A stretch of DNA of 64,000 nt from an uncultured Clostridium sp. (GTDB taxonomy: Bacteria; Bacillota; Clostridia; TANB77; CAG-508): assembly GCA_902491155.1 (NCBI GenBank), contig CABUGH010000003.1:691-64690 (forward strand). Reading direction: 5' to 3'. The notes under the pieces are model-generated. The model searched no databases, was not told the DNA's origin, and was given only the letters and a program-made list of their open reading frames with translations. This document shows positions 19,931-31,044 of the stretch, piece by piece. Each line of letters opens with the position of its first letter. The stretch's first letter is position 1. The position numbers and the translations under genes are program-made.

Positions 19931-20038
19931 TTCTCACTACTCCTTATTTTATATTTTCATTTAATGCTATAGGGATTTTCTAAACCCGTCTATAATTAAT
20001 AAATGCGACACCTATTTCATGCCGCATATTCTAATATT

Positions 20039-21043
20039 TTATCTTTTTGCTCTGCCATCTAAAGCATCTAAATTTTCTAATGCCTTACCTGTTCCTAAAG
20101 CTACACAAGATACTGTATCTTGCGCTATCATTACATTTATTCCTGTTTTTTCTTGTAACAATTTATCTAATCCGTCTATTAAGCAACCTCCACCTGTCAT
20201 ATATATTCCTCTATCACTAATATCTGCTGCTAATTCTGGTGGTGTCCTTTCTAATACACTATGTACAGCATCTACTATCATCATTGCAGGTTCTATTAAG
20301 GCTTCTAACATTTCACTTGAATGTACTGTTATTGTTTTTGGTAATCCTGTTGCTAAATCTCTTCCTCTTATATCCATCTCTGTATCTTGTATTTTTGGAT
20401 ATACACATCCTATATTTACTTTTAAATCTTCCGCTGTTCTTTCCCCTATTGCAATATTATGTTTCTTTTTTATATATTTTACTATTGCTTCGTCAAATTT
20501 ATCTCCTGCTACTTTTAATGATGTACTAACAACTGACCCTCCTAAAGAAATTACTGCAATATCTGTTGTTCCTCCACCAATATCTACTACCATATTCCCA
20601 CATGGTTTTGCAATATCTATACCTGCTCCAATTGCTGCTGCTATTGGTTCTTCTATTAAATAGACCCTTCTTGCTCCTGCTTGTGTTGCAGCATCTATTA
20701 CTGCTTTTTTTTCTACTTCTGTTACTTGTGAAGGTATACATATCATTATTCTTGGTGAAAATATAAACTTTCCACATACTTTGTTTATAAAATGTTTTAA
20801 CATTTTCTCTGTTACTGTATAATCTGAAATTACACCATCTCTTAATGGTCTTGTAGCTACTATATTTCCTGGAGTTCTTCCTAGCATTCTTCTTGCTTCT
20901 CCTCCTACTGCTAAAACTTCACCTGTTGTATTGTTTACTGCTACTACTGATGGTTCTCTTAATACTATTCCTTTTCCTTTTACATATACAATAACTGTTG
21001 CTGTTCCTAAATCTATACCTACATCTTGTCCAAATTTAAACAT
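20039..21043 (-). CDS. mreB: Rod shape-determining protein MreB
   Basis: GIDLGTATVIVYVKGKGIVLREPSVVAV, DIGGGTTDIAVISLGG and GIYMTGGG are all present. Confidence 0.9.
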   Translation of the reverse strand: MFKFGQDVGIDLGTATVIVYVKGKGIVLREPSVVAVNNTTGEVLAVGGEARRMLGRTPGNIVATRPLRDGVISDYTVTEKMLKHFINKVCGKFIFSPRIMICIPSQVTEVEKKAVIDAATQAGARRVYLIEEPIAAAIGAGIDIAKPCGNMVVDIGGGTTDIAVISLGGSVVSTSLKVAGDKFDEAIVKYIKKKHNIAIGERTAEDLKVNIGCVYPKIQDTEMDIRGRDLATGLPKTITVHSSEMLEALIEPAMMIVDAVHSVLERTPPELAADISDRGIYMTGGGCLIDGLDKLLQEKTGINVMIAQDTVSCVALGTGKALENLDALDGRAKR

Positions 21044-21214
21044 TGCTTCCCCTCCAAGTTTTTTTCGTTTATATTACATTTATATTGCAATTATATTACA
21101 AACCAGCAAAAATGGCAATAGGTTTGACAAAATTTTTGATTTTTTCTGTGTGTATTTGCAATCATACGATTTTTATATTATAATAATACTACAATAATTC
21201 TAAGGAGGTAATAA

Positions 21215-21685
21215 ATGAATTATACATATATATCAAATTCTACTGAAAACACTCTAACTTTTGCCAAAAATCTTGCTGCAAAATTAAAACCAAAAGATAT
21301 AATTGTATTAACTGGCGAACTTGGCAGTGGTAAAACAAAATTTGTAGAAGGAATTCTATCTTACTTCAATTTACAAGACGAAATATCAAGCCCAACATTT
21401 ACAATTGTAAATGAATATCAAACAACAAAATTTCCAATTTATCATTTTGATGTATACCGCCTTTCTGACAGCTCTGAATTTTATGAAATTGGTGGAGAAG
21501 AATATTTTGATAATGGTATTTGCTTAATAGAATGGGGCGAATTAATTAAAGACGCTCTACCAAAAGATTTTATACATATCAAATTCGAAAAAAATAACGA
21601 AAAAGAAAATTATCGTACTTTAAACATAGATACTTATGGCACACGTTTCAATTGCTATTTTTCAGAATTAAAGCCCAACAATTAA
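21215..21685 (+). CDS. tsaE: tRNA t6A biosynthesis ATPase TsaE
   Basis: GELGSGKTKFVEGI, SPTFTIVNEY and HFDVYRL are present. Confidence 0.85.
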   Translation: MNYTYISNSTENTLTFAKNLAAKLKPKDIIVLTGELGSGKTKFVEGILSYFNLQDEISSPTFTIVNEYQTTKFPIYHFDVYRLSDSSEFYEIGGEEYFDNGICLIEWGELIKDALPKDFIHIKFEKNNEKENYRTLNIDTYGTRFNCYFSELKPNN

Positions 21686-21724
21686 AATTACTTTTAATAA
21701 TTGGGCTTTAATTATATATACTAA

Positions 21725-22492
21725 TTAATCTTGATCATAACTATTAACTGCATCTTCTAAACCTGGGAATAATGCTTTTTTTAAATTATCATCAACCATT
21801 ACTTTCCATTTTCCATCTTGTTTTGTTACTGTAATAGTTTGTGTTGATGTTAATGTTCCTGAATCTTTATTTTTTAATTCTTCCATTAAATATTGTTTTG
21901 CTTCTTCATCAGAAGGATTTTCATTACTTAATACTTTTTGAACTATTTTTTTAGTAAAGTTTTGAATAACAGTTTTATAGTTTCTATTTGTTATTTCTAC
22001 TTCAATTTTTGCTTCATCACTACTTTTTTCAATTTTCTTTATATTCCATTGTAATTCTTCAAATAATACAGCATCATCTTGACTTGCATTTTCACCTGAC
22101 TGCTCATCATTTGCACTTCCTAATGCAGGAATATTTATTAATTCATTATAATCAACATATTTTGTTACATCTTGCATTTTCCCTGCCTTTAGATCTCTAA
22201 ACATTTCCTCTAAAGCTCTTGCTGGTGAAGGCAAAGCTACTAATATTATTCCTATTACTAAAGCTAATATTATTACAACTGCTAAAAATCTTGCAAATAT
22301 CTTTCTTTTTTTGCCTTTTTCTTTAACTGGCTTTTCTTTTTTTGCTTTTTCCTTTACAGAATTTGATTTACTAGGTTTGCTTTTTTCTGATTTTACATCC
22401 TTTTCTCTAACATTTTCCTTTTTTGGGTTTTGTTCAACCTTTGTAAATTTTGGTTCTTCTTTTTTTATTTCTTCTTTTTCGTTTTCTGCCAT
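21725..22492 (-). CDS. Hypothetical membrane-anchored protein with a Lys/Glu-rich N-terminus
   Basis: 255 aa with one TM helix (FLAVVIILALVIGIILVALP). I did not recognise a family. Confidence 0.4.
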   Translation of the reverse strand: MAENEKEEIKKEEPKFTKVEQNPKKENVREKDVKSEKSKPSKSNSVKEKAKKEKPVKEKGKKRKIFARFLAVVIILALVIGIILVALPSPARALEEMFRDLKAGKMQDVTKYVDYNELINIPALGSANDEQSGENASQDDAVLFEELQWNIKKIEKSSDEAKIEVEITNRNYKTVIQNFTKKIVQKVLSNENPSDEEAKQYLMEELKNKDSGTLTSTQTITVTKQDGKWKVMVDDNLKKALFPGLEDAVNSYDQD

Positions 22493-22558
22493 GACAATTC
22501 CTCCTTTTATTTTTATGACTAAATTATATACTAGTTAATATATTTTTGCAAGTATTTT

Positions 22559-23496
22559 TTATAAACTATTATTAATTCCATTTGCCACAATATCTTTCAT
22601 ATTTTCTATTAATTCATCAATTTCTTTTGGAGTAACTATCAAGTTATACTCTTTAGGCATCAAAACTTCCTTGATTTCATTGTAATTATCTTCATTTTTC
22701 AATTTATTTAACATATCATTAGATTCCGCATTTTCTTGAAGTTTTTCTATCAATAAATCCAAACTATCTTTTACAAGTACAGCAGTTTCTACAACAGTAG
22801 GTATTCCGAACAGCTATTACTGGTATATTTAATGTTCTTTTACTTATCTCCGCCCTAGTATTTCCAACTCCTGCACCAGGAACAATACCTGTATCTGATA
22901 TTTGTATTGAACTACTAATTCTCTCTATACTTCTCGAAGCCAATGCATCAATTACTATTAAAAGTTTTGGATGTATATTATCCACAATCCCTTTTAAAAT
23001 CTCCAAAGTTTCAATTCCTGTTGTTCCCAATACACCTGGAGATATAGCACTTATTTCTCTTGTCCCCTCTTCTACATATTGTGGTAAATATTTTATCACA
23101 TGTCTTGTTACTTCTATTTCATTTATAACCTTTGGCCCTAAACTATCTGGTGTTACATATATATTCCCTAACCCAACAACTAAAGTTGCTCCTTGTTTAT
23201 CTGTGTGTATATCTACAATTTTCTTTAATTCATTTGATAACACTTCTATAGCTTTTGATATTTCTTCCTCTCCGTGCTATCTTTAGATTTTTAACATCCA
23301 CTGTTACATAGTTTCCTATAGGTTTTCCTATTGCATTCTCCCCTTCTTCATTTATTATTTTTACTCTTTCGATTATTATATTTTTATTTACTTCCTCTTT
23401 TTCACTTTCGATTCCTGAAATTTCATTTTCTATCTGATTTGCTTTTTTGTATATGTCTCTTCTTTCAGATGCTAAATCTGTTCTAAAATTAATCAT
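22559..23496 (-). pseudogene. gpr: Germination protease GPR, split into three frames as sequenced
   Basis: The three pieces are MINFRTDLASERRD (N-terminal), LVVGLGNIYVTPDSLGPKV (middle) and IPVIAV then GIPTVVETAVLVKDSLDLLIEKL (C-terminal). The frame breaks are at about 23274 and 22808. Confidence 0.8.
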
Positions 23497-23582
23497 AAAA
23501 AAACCTCGCTTTCTATTTTTATTATTTCGATTACGAGATTTTTTATTCATTTTACTAAGTTTTTGGAAGTAAATGATTTACA

Positions 23583-25253
23583 TTAACATTCTTCTATATC
23601 GAATTTTTCTGCAGAAGGTATTCGTGGTAATCCAGGCATAGTCATAATTTTGCCAGCCAATGCCACAACAAAACCAGCACCTGCTTTTAGTTCAACATCC
23701 CTTATATGAATCTTATATTTCCCTTTATCTTGCAGGTTTTTCGCATCATCAGATAATGAATATTGTGTTTTAGCTATACAAACAGGCAAATTAGAATATC
23801 CTAATTTTTCGAATTTTTCTATATTTTCAATTGCTTTTAAAGAAAACTCTACATCTGCTGCACGGTATATTTTTGTTGCAATTTTTTGTATTTTTGTTTT
23901 TAAATCATCTTCTAATGGATATAAATAATTTACCTCATTATTTATCATTGAAAATTCATTTATAAATTCTACTGGTTCAGTTTCTTTTACTATTTTTTTA
24001 GCAATGTCAACTGCACCTTCTCCGCCTTTTTCCCATCCTTCTACAACACTTAATTCTATATTTTTCTCTTCTAATACATCTTTTACAAATTCTATCTCTT
24101 CTTCTTTATCTGTATTAAATTTATTTAATGCTACAATTACTTTTAATCCATAACGTGTTCTTAAATTTTCAACATGTACAAACAAATTGTGTAATCCTTG
24201 TTCTAATCCTTTTATGTTTTCGAATTGAATTTCTTCTTTTTCAACTCCTCCATGATATTTTAATGCTTTTATTGTTGCTACTAAAACAACAATATCAGGT
24301 TTTATTTTAGCTTTCCTACACTTAATATCTAAAAATTTCTCTGCTCCCAAATCTGCCCCAAAACCTGCCTCTGTAATTACATATTCACCTAATTTTAAGG
24401 CCAATTTTGTAGCAATAATACTATTACATCCATGAGCAATATTAGCAAATGGACCACCATGAACAATTGCTGGTGTATGTTCTAACGTTTGTACTAAATT
24501 AGGTTTTATTGCATCTTTTAATAATACTGCCATAGCACCTTCTGCCTTTAAATCTCTAGCGTAAATTGGTTCATCCATATCATTATAACCTATAACAATA
24601 TTTCCTAAATTTTCCTTTAATTCTTTTAAGTTATTAGACAAACATAATATTGCCATAACCTCAGAAGCCACAGAAATATCAAAACCATCTTTTCTTGGAA
24701 CCATATTTTTCTCTTTAGATAAACCTGTTTCTATAACTCTTAGCTGTCTATCATTTAAATCAATACATCTTTTCCAAGTTACATTTTTAATATTTAAGTC
24801 ATTACCAAAATAAATATGATTATCTATTAAACTAGCTAATAAATTATTAGCACTTGTTATTGCATGAATATCACCTGTAAAATGCAAATTTATATCTTCC
24901 ATTGGAGCTATTTGTGACATTCCTCCACCTGTTGCTCCTCCCTTTATTCCAAATACAGGACCTAAAGATGGTTCTCTTAATGCTAATATAGATTTTTTTC
25001 CTATTTTTGATAAAGCATCTGCTATTGATATTGATACTGTCGTCTTTCCTTCTCCTAAAGGTGTTGGATTTATTGCTGTTACAAGCACAAGCTTTCCATT
25101 TTTTTCTTCTTCTAAACGTTCATATACACTATTTGAAATCTTTGCCTTATATTTTCCATACTGTTCAATTTCTTCTTCAGTAATTCCTATTTTCTCAGCA
25201 ATATCAACAATATTATCTAATTTTACACTTTTAGCTATTTCTGTATCTGTCAT
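23583..25253 (-). CDS. fhs: Formate--tetrahydrofolate ligase
   Basis: TPLGEGKTTVSISIADAL and HGGPFANIAHGCNS are present. Length is about 556 aa. Confidence 0.9.
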   Translation of the reverse strand: MTDTEIAKSVKLDNIVDIAEKIGITEEEIEQYGKYKAKISNSVYERLEEEKNGKLVLVTAINPTPLGEGKTTVSISIADALSKIGKKSILALREPSLGPVFGIKGGATGGGMSQIAPMEDINLHFTGDIHAITSANNLLASLIDNHIYFGNDLNIKNVTWKRCIDLNDRQLRVIETGLSKEKNMVPRKDGFDISVASEVMAILCLSNNLKELKENLGNIVIGYNDMDEPIYARDLKAEGAMAVLLKDAIKPNLVQTLEHTPAIVHGGPFANIAHGCNSIIATKLALKLGEYVITEAGFGADLGAEKFLDIKCRKAKIKPDIVVLVATIKALKYHGGVEKEEIQFENIKGLEQGLHNLFVHVENLRTRYGLKVIVALNKFNTDKEEEIEFVKDVLEEKNIELSVVEGWEKGGEGAVDIAKKIVKETEPVEFINEFSMINNEVNYLYPLEDDLKTKIQKIATKIYRAADVEFSLKAIENIEKFEKLGYSNLPVCIAKTQYSLSDDAKNLQDKGKYKIHIRDVELKAGAGFVVALAGKIMTMPGLPRIPSAEKFDIEEC

Positions 25254-25266
25254 ATCAACCCCTCCT

Positions 25267-25708
25267 TTATACAATTAAACCTACAACAATGCCTATAATT
25301 GCTCCTACTATTACTTGAATTGGAGTATGACCTAATACTTCTACCAGCTTTTCAGAAACTTGTATTCCTGATAGTCCTGGTGTTTCTACTAATTGATTTA
25401 ACAATTTAGCCTGTTTTCCAGCTGCTCTCCTTACACCTGCCGCATCATACATAACTATAAAAGAGAAAATAACAGACATTGCAAATAAAGGCGTTCCAAC
25501 CCCTTCATATTTGCCGTATCATTGTTGCCAAAACAACAACAACAGCAGAATGTGAACTTGGCATTCCTCCTGCTCCCATTATTCTTTTAAAATTAAATTT
25601 CTTAGTAGTTATTAAATCATATATAACTTTAAAAACTTGAATAAGAAACCATAATAATAATGGCACTACTATATATTTGTTTTTAAAGATTTCATTTATT
25701 GTCCCCAT
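25267..25708 (-). pseudogene. Divergent PAP2 (YuiD-like) membrane protein, split by one frameshift as sequenced
   Basis: GGMPSSHSAVVVVLATMI in one frame continues as GKYEGVGTPLFAMSVIFSFIVMYDAAGVRRAAG in the next. The break is at about 25516. Confidence 0.7.
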
Positions 25709-25725
25709 TCTATTTATTACCCTTT

Positions 25726-25959
25726 CTAAACATTATTACCATTTACATCAAAATTTTCTTCTTTTATATTATTATCATCATTTAACAAAATAGTAATTTT
25801 CTTTTCTGCATTTTTCAATATTTCATCACATTTTTTTGAAATATTAATTCCTTGTTCAAATTTTTTTACAGATTCATCTAAATCTAAATCACCTTTTTCT
25901 AAATCTGCTACAATTTTTTCTAACTTTTCCATATTTTCTTCAAAACTTATCTCTTCCAT
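25726..25959 (-). CDS. xseB: Exodeoxyribonuclease VII small subunit
   Basis: SFEENMEKLEKIVADLEKGDLDLDESVKKFEQG is present. Confidence 0.8.
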   Translation of the reverse strand: MEEISFEENMEKLEKIVADLEKGDLDLDESVKKFEQGINISKKCDEILKNAEKKITILLNDDNNIKEENFDVNGNNV

Positions 25960-26025
25960 ATTTAACAAAGTTCCTTTCCTAGTGAATTTTAACTCAACCA
26001 AACTTGCAATTATTTTCCACCATTA

Positions 26026-26544
26026 TTATCTTTCAGTTGCTGTTTTAGTCTTTATATTAACATCAACATAACCAATAACTTGTGCATTTGAATTAACAGC
26101 TATATGATATATATCTCCTTCTATTTGATCAACTGTAAATTCATAATTTTTACTTGTTTCTCCCCATTCTTCTTTTGCCAAGTTAATTGCTATTTCTTGT
26201 GGGTTTACTCCTCCATTTTCCTTATTACTTTCCGCTTCTTCTTTTCCAACAACTTTTGTATTACTGCTTTCTTCTTTTTTTACACTTGTATTGCGTTTTA
26301 ATTCATTTTTGCTTATTGCATTTTCTACTATTCCAGTATTAGTAGCATTTTCAGTTATCTCATTTTCTTCATCATTATTTTCTTGATCAATAGCAATAGT
26401 ATTTTGTTCTGTTGGTTCAGATTCATTTTTTGCATTACCTTTATTCTTATAACAAATATATCCTACATATCCAACTAATAAGATAATTAAACTAATCAAT
26501 ACAACTACTAATCTTTTTGTAATTTTATCCATATTTACCTTCAT
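26026..26544 (-). CDS. Hypothetical membrane-anchored protein
   Basis: 172 aa with an N-terminal TM helix and an Asn/Glu-rich linker. I did not recognise a family. Confidence 0.35.
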   Translation of the reverse strand: MKVNMDKITKRLVVVLISLIILLVGYVGYICYKNKGNAKNESEPTEQNTIAIDQENNDEENEITENATNTGIVENAISKNELKRNTSVKKEESSNTKVVGKEEAESNKENGGVNPQEIAINLAKEEWGETSKNYEFTVDQIEGDIYHIAVNSNAQVIGYVDVNIKTKTATER

Positions 26545-26549
26545 CCCTT

Positions 26550-27746
26550 TTAACTAATTATTTTTGCTTTAGTTTTTCCATCTATTAGCCTTATATCAAC
26601 ATCTATTCCATTTTCTAATTGTTTTACACTATTAACTGTTTTTCCATCTTTTTCTATTATAGAATATCCTCTTGTTAATGTTTTTAATGGGCTTAATGTA
26701 TCTAACTTTGATACTAATTTTACATATTTTTCTTTTTCACTTTGCCTTTTATTATTTATAGCCACTTCTAATTTTTTTATATACTGATCTAATAAAATTG
26801 CATGATCATTTACCATTCTTCTTGGCTCTTTAAAAACAGAACTTGACATACTTTTTTCATAACGCAATTTTAGCATCTCATATTTTTTGCTTAATGCCAA
26901 ACGCAATCTATTTTTATAAGTATTTATTTTTTGTGAAACTTCATATACATCTGGTACAGCCAATTCTGCTGCCGCAGATGGCGTTGGAGCCCTTAAATCC
27001 GCAGTAAAATCAGAAATTGAAAAATCAGTTTCATGTCCAACAGCAGAAATTATTGGAATGTCAGATTCATATATAGCATTTGCAACCACTTCTTCATTAA
27101 AAGGCCATAGATCTTCCAAAGAACCTCCTCCCCTTGCTAAGATCAATACATCTGCTAATTTATGTTCATTCATAAATTTAATACCTTTTGCAATTTCGGG
27201 TGCTGCATCTTGACCTTGTACTGGAACTGATAATAATCTAATATGTACATTTGGATTTCGCCTTGTACTTACATTTATAATATCTCTAATAACTGAACCT
27301 GTTTGAGATGTTAACACTCCTATTACTTTTGGCATTTGAGGAATTTTCTTTTTGTGTGAAATCTCAAAATATCCTTGTGCCTCAAGTTTTTGCTTTAATT
27401 CTTCATATTTTTTATACAAAGTTCCAACTCCATCTTCGTGCATGGCCTTAACATATACTTGATAAACTCCATCTCTTTCAAAAACAGAAACTCCTCCAAA
27501 AACAAAGACCTTCATTCCATCTTTAGGCATAAAATCTAATTTTTGTGCATATGTTTTAAACATAATACATTTTATAAGTGATTTATCATCTTTTAAAGTA
27601 AAGTACATATGGCCTGTATAATGATTTTTAAAATTAGATATTTCACCTTTTATTATTAAATTATTTAAACCCTCGTCATCTGCTATTTTATCTTTTATAT
27701 AGCTATTTACCTGACTTACTGTAACCGCCATATTTTCGTAATCCAT
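26550..27746 (-). CDS. xseA: Exodeoxyribonuclease VII large subunit
   Basis: VSQVNSYIK, GEISNFKNHYTGHMYFTLKD and ARGGGSLEDLWPFNEE are present. Confidence 0.85.
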   Translation of the reverse strand: MDYENMAVTVSQVNSYIKDKIADDEGLNNLIIKGEISNFKNHYTGHMYFTLKDDKSLIKCIMFKTYAQKLDFMPKDGMKVFVFGGVSVFERDGVYQVYVKAMHEDGVGTLYKKYEELKQKLEAQGYFEISHKKKIPQMPKVIGVLTSQTGSVIRDIINVSTRRNPNVHIRLLSVPVQGQDAAPEIAKGIKFMNEHKLADVLILARGGGSLEDLWPFNEEVVANAIYESDIPIISAVGHETDFSISDFTADLRAPTPSAAAELAVPDVYEVSQKINTYKNRLRLALSKKYEMLKLRYEKSMSSSVFKEPRRMVNDHAILLDQYIKKLEVAINNKRQSEKEKYVKLVSKLDTLSPLKTLTRGYSIIEKDGKTVNSVKQLENGIDVDIRLIDGKTKAKIIS

Positions 27747-27773
27747 AGTTTTGGTACATCCTTTCAAACCTTA

Positions 27774-28178
27774 TTACTTTACAATACTTGCTAATATTCC
27801 ATTTACAAATGTTTTTGAGCTATCTTCTCCATATTTTTTTGCTAATTCTACTGCTTCATTTATTGCAACTTTATATGGAATCTCTTTATATTTAATTTCA
27901 TAAATTGCTAATTCTAACAAACTTAAATCAATTTTAGATATTCTTTCCATTTTCCAATTTGATTTTAAATTTTGTTCAATTAAATTATTAATTTCTACTT
28001 TATTTTTTTCTACTCCTGTAATTACATCTTTTATATATTCTATTGCCTCACCATCAGTTATTTTATTACTTTCAAAATATAAATCTATTTGTTCTAAAAT
28101 ATTTAAATCTTTGTTTTTTTGAACTTCCAAACTATATAATAATCTAAATGCATTTTCTCTCATTAATGTTCTATTCAT
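27774..28178 (-). CDS. nusB: Transcription antitermination factor NusB
   Basis: 134 aa with [13 protein letters not shown] and [13 protein letters not shown]. Confidence 0.85.
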   Translation of the reverse strand: MNRTLMRENAFRLLYSLEVQKNKDLNILEQIDLYFESNKITDGEAIEYIKDVITGVEKNKVEINNLIEQNLKSNWKMERISKIDLSLLELAIYEIKYKEIPYKVAINEAVELAKKYGEDSSKTFVNGILASIVK

Positions 28179-28193
28179 TGCTAAAATTCCTTT

Positions 28194-28397
28194 CTACATC
28201 TTATCTATCCAAGTTTTTAATTTTGTTTTTACATCATCTTTATTTTGTTGTACATAATTACCAACAAATGCTCCTACAAAAATTATAATAAGACCAATAA
28301 TAACATCATATAATTTTGTTGCCAAAATAATTATTGCAACAATAATTCCTATAATTGCGCCACAATACCTACTTAAAAATTTTTTAAAATCCTCCAT
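28194..28397 (-). CDS. Small integral membrane protein (DUF2273-like) of the asp23 cluster
   Basis: 67 aa with two hydrophobic helices. It sits between the amaP-like gene and nusB, as in other Firmicutes. Confidence 0.55.
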   Translation of the reverse strand: MEDFKKFLSRYCGAIIGIIVAIIILATKLYDVIIGLIIIFVGAFVGNYVQQNKDDVKTKLKTWIDKM

Positions 28398-28439
28398 TTG
28401 CTTTCCCCTCTTTCTTGATATATATTATGTTACTTTTTT

Positions 28440-28991
28440 CTACTTTTGTTCTTGTACAGATGCAACTTTTTTAACAGTAATATTTACTTCCTTTACTTCC
28501 AAATCTGTTGTTTTTTTTACTCTTTCTTTTATTTTATTTTGCAATTCAGCTGATAAATCTTTTATAACTGCATGTGAACTAACTACTAAATTTGCAAAAA
28601 TATTTACATTATTTTCCTTATCTAATTCAACTCTTGTTGTTATACTTTCTGCATCTTTAAAATCTCTTGCTACTGATTCTACTAAATTTTCAATTGTTTC
28701 TTTTGATATCATTAATTTTCCATTTTCATTTTCTAAAAGAACACCTTGTCTATCTTTGATTTCTTCTTTTGAAGAAGGATCAAAAAATATACATCTTATT
28801 GATAATAATATAAATATAATACTTACTCCTAATGTTATTTTTGATCCAGGATCTGTTGTAATACAATTTCTTACTATGTTCCCAACAACACCTATATCTA
28901 ACCATCCAAATACTAATAAGCATAAAATAATAGATAATATTAACATTATATTAGAATATATTATTAATGTGATTTTTTCAATAATTTTCAT
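28440..28991 (-). CDS. Alkaline shock response membrane anchor protein AmaP-like
   Basis: 183 aa with two N-terminal TM helices. It lies directly downstream of asp23. Confidence 0.5.
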   Translation of the reverse strand: MKIIEKITLIIYSNIMLILSIILCLLVFGWLDIGVVGNIVRNCITTDPGSKITLGVSIIFILLSIRCIFFDPSSKEEIKDRQGVLLENENGKLMISKETIENLVESVARDFKDAESITTRVELDKENNVNIFANLVVSSHAVIKDLSAELQNKIKERVKKTTDLEVKEVNITVKKVASVQEQK

Positions 28992-29025
28992 TTTTAATCA
29001 ATTCCTTTCATTATTACAATATTTA

Positions 29026-29514
29026 CTAATTCTCTTTTTTATCTTCATCAAAAGCCTCATTTTCTTCGCTTTGCTCTGATTCTTCTTTATTTACCATATT
29101 TGTATTTACACCTTGCACATGTACATTTACTTCTTCTACTTTTAATCCTGTCATATTTTCTACTGAAGTTTTAACTCTGTTTTGAATTTCAAATGCAACA
29201 TCTGGAATTCTGGTACCATATTCTACAATTATGTTTACATCTATTTTTACTTTATTTTCATCTTTGTCTACTTTTATTCCTTTAGCTAAGTTTTTCTTGC
29301 CACTTAATACCTCTGATATTCCTCCTGCAAATCCTCCTGCCATAGATGATACTCCTTGTACTTCTGAAACTGCTACACCTGATATTACAGCTATAACATC
29401 ATTTGAAATTTGTATTCCTTCATTTTCAGTACTTTCCTCTAATTGATTTTGTTCTTCGTAATTTCGTAGAATCTCTTTTTGTTCTTCAATGTTATTTTTA
29501 GTTTCTTCACCCAT
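29026..29514 (-). CDS. Asp23/Gls24 family envelope stress protein
   Basis: ISNDVIAVISGVAVSEVQGV and VNIIVEYGTRIPDVAFEIQNRVKTSVENMTGLKVEEVNVHVQGV are present. Confidence 0.8.
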   Translation of the reverse strand: MGEETKNNIEEQKEILRNYEEQNQLEESTENEGIQISNDVIAVISGVAVSEVQGVSSMAGGFAGGISEVLSGKKNLAKGIKVDKDENKVKIDVNIIVEYGTRIPDVAFEIQNRVKTSVENMTGLKVEEVNVHVQGVNTNMVNKEESEQSEENEAFDEDKKEN

Positions 29515-29608
29515 AACATTTTCCTCCTTTTAAAAAAATGATATACTTTTTTAACAATATAAGTATATCAATTTTTTTCTATTTTTACAACTATTTTTAA
29601 AAATATTA

Positions 29609-30532
29609 TTATATTTTATTACCTCTTAAATAATCTTCTGCCTTCATCCTTTTTCCATTTTCACCTTGTAGTTCTATAACCTTAATAGTTCCATCTTTTG
29701 CCTTTAATTCTAATCCATTTTTGCTATCAGCTAAAAGAACTGAACCATTTTCAAAATCTTTGAATTTTTGATTAATCGGCTTTACTTCTACTTCCCATAA
29801 TTTTATTTTTTTATTATTAACAAAAGTATACGCTCCCATTATTGGGTTTAAACCTCTTACCAAATTTTTTATTTGCTCAGCACTTTGTTCTTGCCAATTA
29901 ATTTTAGCCATATCTTTACTTAACATTGGAGCCATTGTAAATTCATTTGACTGTTTTTCTCTAGGTGCCGTTCCATTTTCAATTTCTTTTAAGGTTTTTA
30001 CTAATAAATCTGCACCTATTTTTGATAGCCTATCCCACAATTCTCCTGTCGTCTCATTTTCTCCTATTTCTACTTCTTTTTTTAATATCATATCACCAGA
30101 ATCCATACCTTCATCCATATATATCGTTGTAACACCCGTTGTTTTATCTCCATTTAATATAGACCATTGTATAGGAGCTGCCCCTCTATATTTAGGTAAC
30201 AAAGAACCATGTAGATTTATACATCCATATTTTGGTATTTCTAAAACTTCTTTTGGTAATATTTTTCCATATGCCACAACACATATAACATCTGGATTTT
30301 GTCTTTTTAATTCTTCTATGAATTCAGTATTTTCTTTTACCTTTTTTGGTTGATAAATTTTCATACCTCTATCTTCTGCATATTGTTTTACAGGTGATGC
30401 TATTAATTTCATCCCTCTACCTTTGGGTCTATCTGGATTTGTTACAACACTCAAAACATCATAATTAGCTTTATCAAGAGCTTTTAAACTTTCCGTAGCA
30501 AAATCTGGAGTTCCCATAAATACAATCTTCAT
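29609..30532 (-). CDS. fmt: Methionyl-tRNA formyltransferase
   Basis: MKIVFMGTPDFA and NLHGSLLPKYRGAAPIQWSILNGD are present. Confidence 0.9.
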   Translation of the reverse strand: MKIVFMGTPDFATESLKALDKANYDVLSVVTNPDRPKGRGMKLIASPVKQYAEDRGMKIYQPKKVKENTEFIEELKRQNPDVICVVAYGKILPKEVLEIPKYGCINLHGSLLPKYRGAAPIQWSILNGDKTTGVTTIYMDEGMDSGDMILKKEVEIGENETTGELWDRLSKIGADLLVKTLKEIENGTAPREKQSNEFTMAPMLSKDMAKINWQEQSAEQIKNLVRGLNPIMGAYTFVNNKKIKLWEVEVKPINQKFKDFENGSVLLADSKNGLELKAKDGTIKVIELQGENGKRMKAEDYLRGNKI

Positions 30533-31023
30533 TATTTTTCATCCTTTCCTAACTCTGGCTCTACATATTCTAATGTTCCTGGTATAATCTTATCTATAAA
30601 TAATTGTCCATCCAAATGGTCCAGCTCATGGCATATAGCCTGTGCTAACAACTCTTTTGCTTTAACTCGAATTAAATTTCCTTCTAAATCTGTATAATCA
30701 GCAACAACCTCAGCTGGTCTAACAATTTTAGCAAATTTATTTGGAAAACTTAAACAGCCTTCTTCAACCTCTTGTTCACCTTTGGTTTTAATTATTTTAG
30801 GATTTATTAAAACTATTGGTCCATTATCATCATATAAGTCTATAACAACAATCCTTTTTAATACACCAACTTGCACAGCCGCTAAACCTACCCCATTATA
30901 TTTATGCATTGTATCTATCATATCTTTTACTAACTCTTCTACTCTTTCATCAATTTTATCAACTTCTTTAGATTTCTTATGTAAAATTTCATCTCCTTCT
31001 AGTCTTATATTTCTTATTGCCAT
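30532..31023 (-). CDS. def: Peptide deformylase
   Basis: GVGLAAVQVG, EGCLSFP and HELDHLDG are present. Confidence 0.9.
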   Translation of the reverse strand: MAIRNIRLEGDEILHKKSKEVDKIDERVEELVKDMIDTMHKYNGVGLAAVQVGVLKRIVVIDLYDDNGPIVLINPKIIKTKGEQEVEEGCLSFPNKFAKIVRPAEVVADYTDLEGNLIRVKAKELLAQAICHELDHLDGQLFIDKIIPGTLEYVEPELGKDEK

Positions 31024-31044
31024 TTTTATCACCCTCTCTTTCTA

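Noticed and set aside
20019-20663. 214-aa ORF antisense to mreB. Similar shadow ORFs occur at 2348-2674, 6205-6591, 8454-9059, 32653-33093, 34346-34735, 44717-45382 and 55112-55543.
   Set aside because: They lie opposite strongly recognisable genes and have low-complexity Ser/Ile/Phe/Leu-rich composition typical of antisense frames in AT-rich DNA. They lack an RBS.
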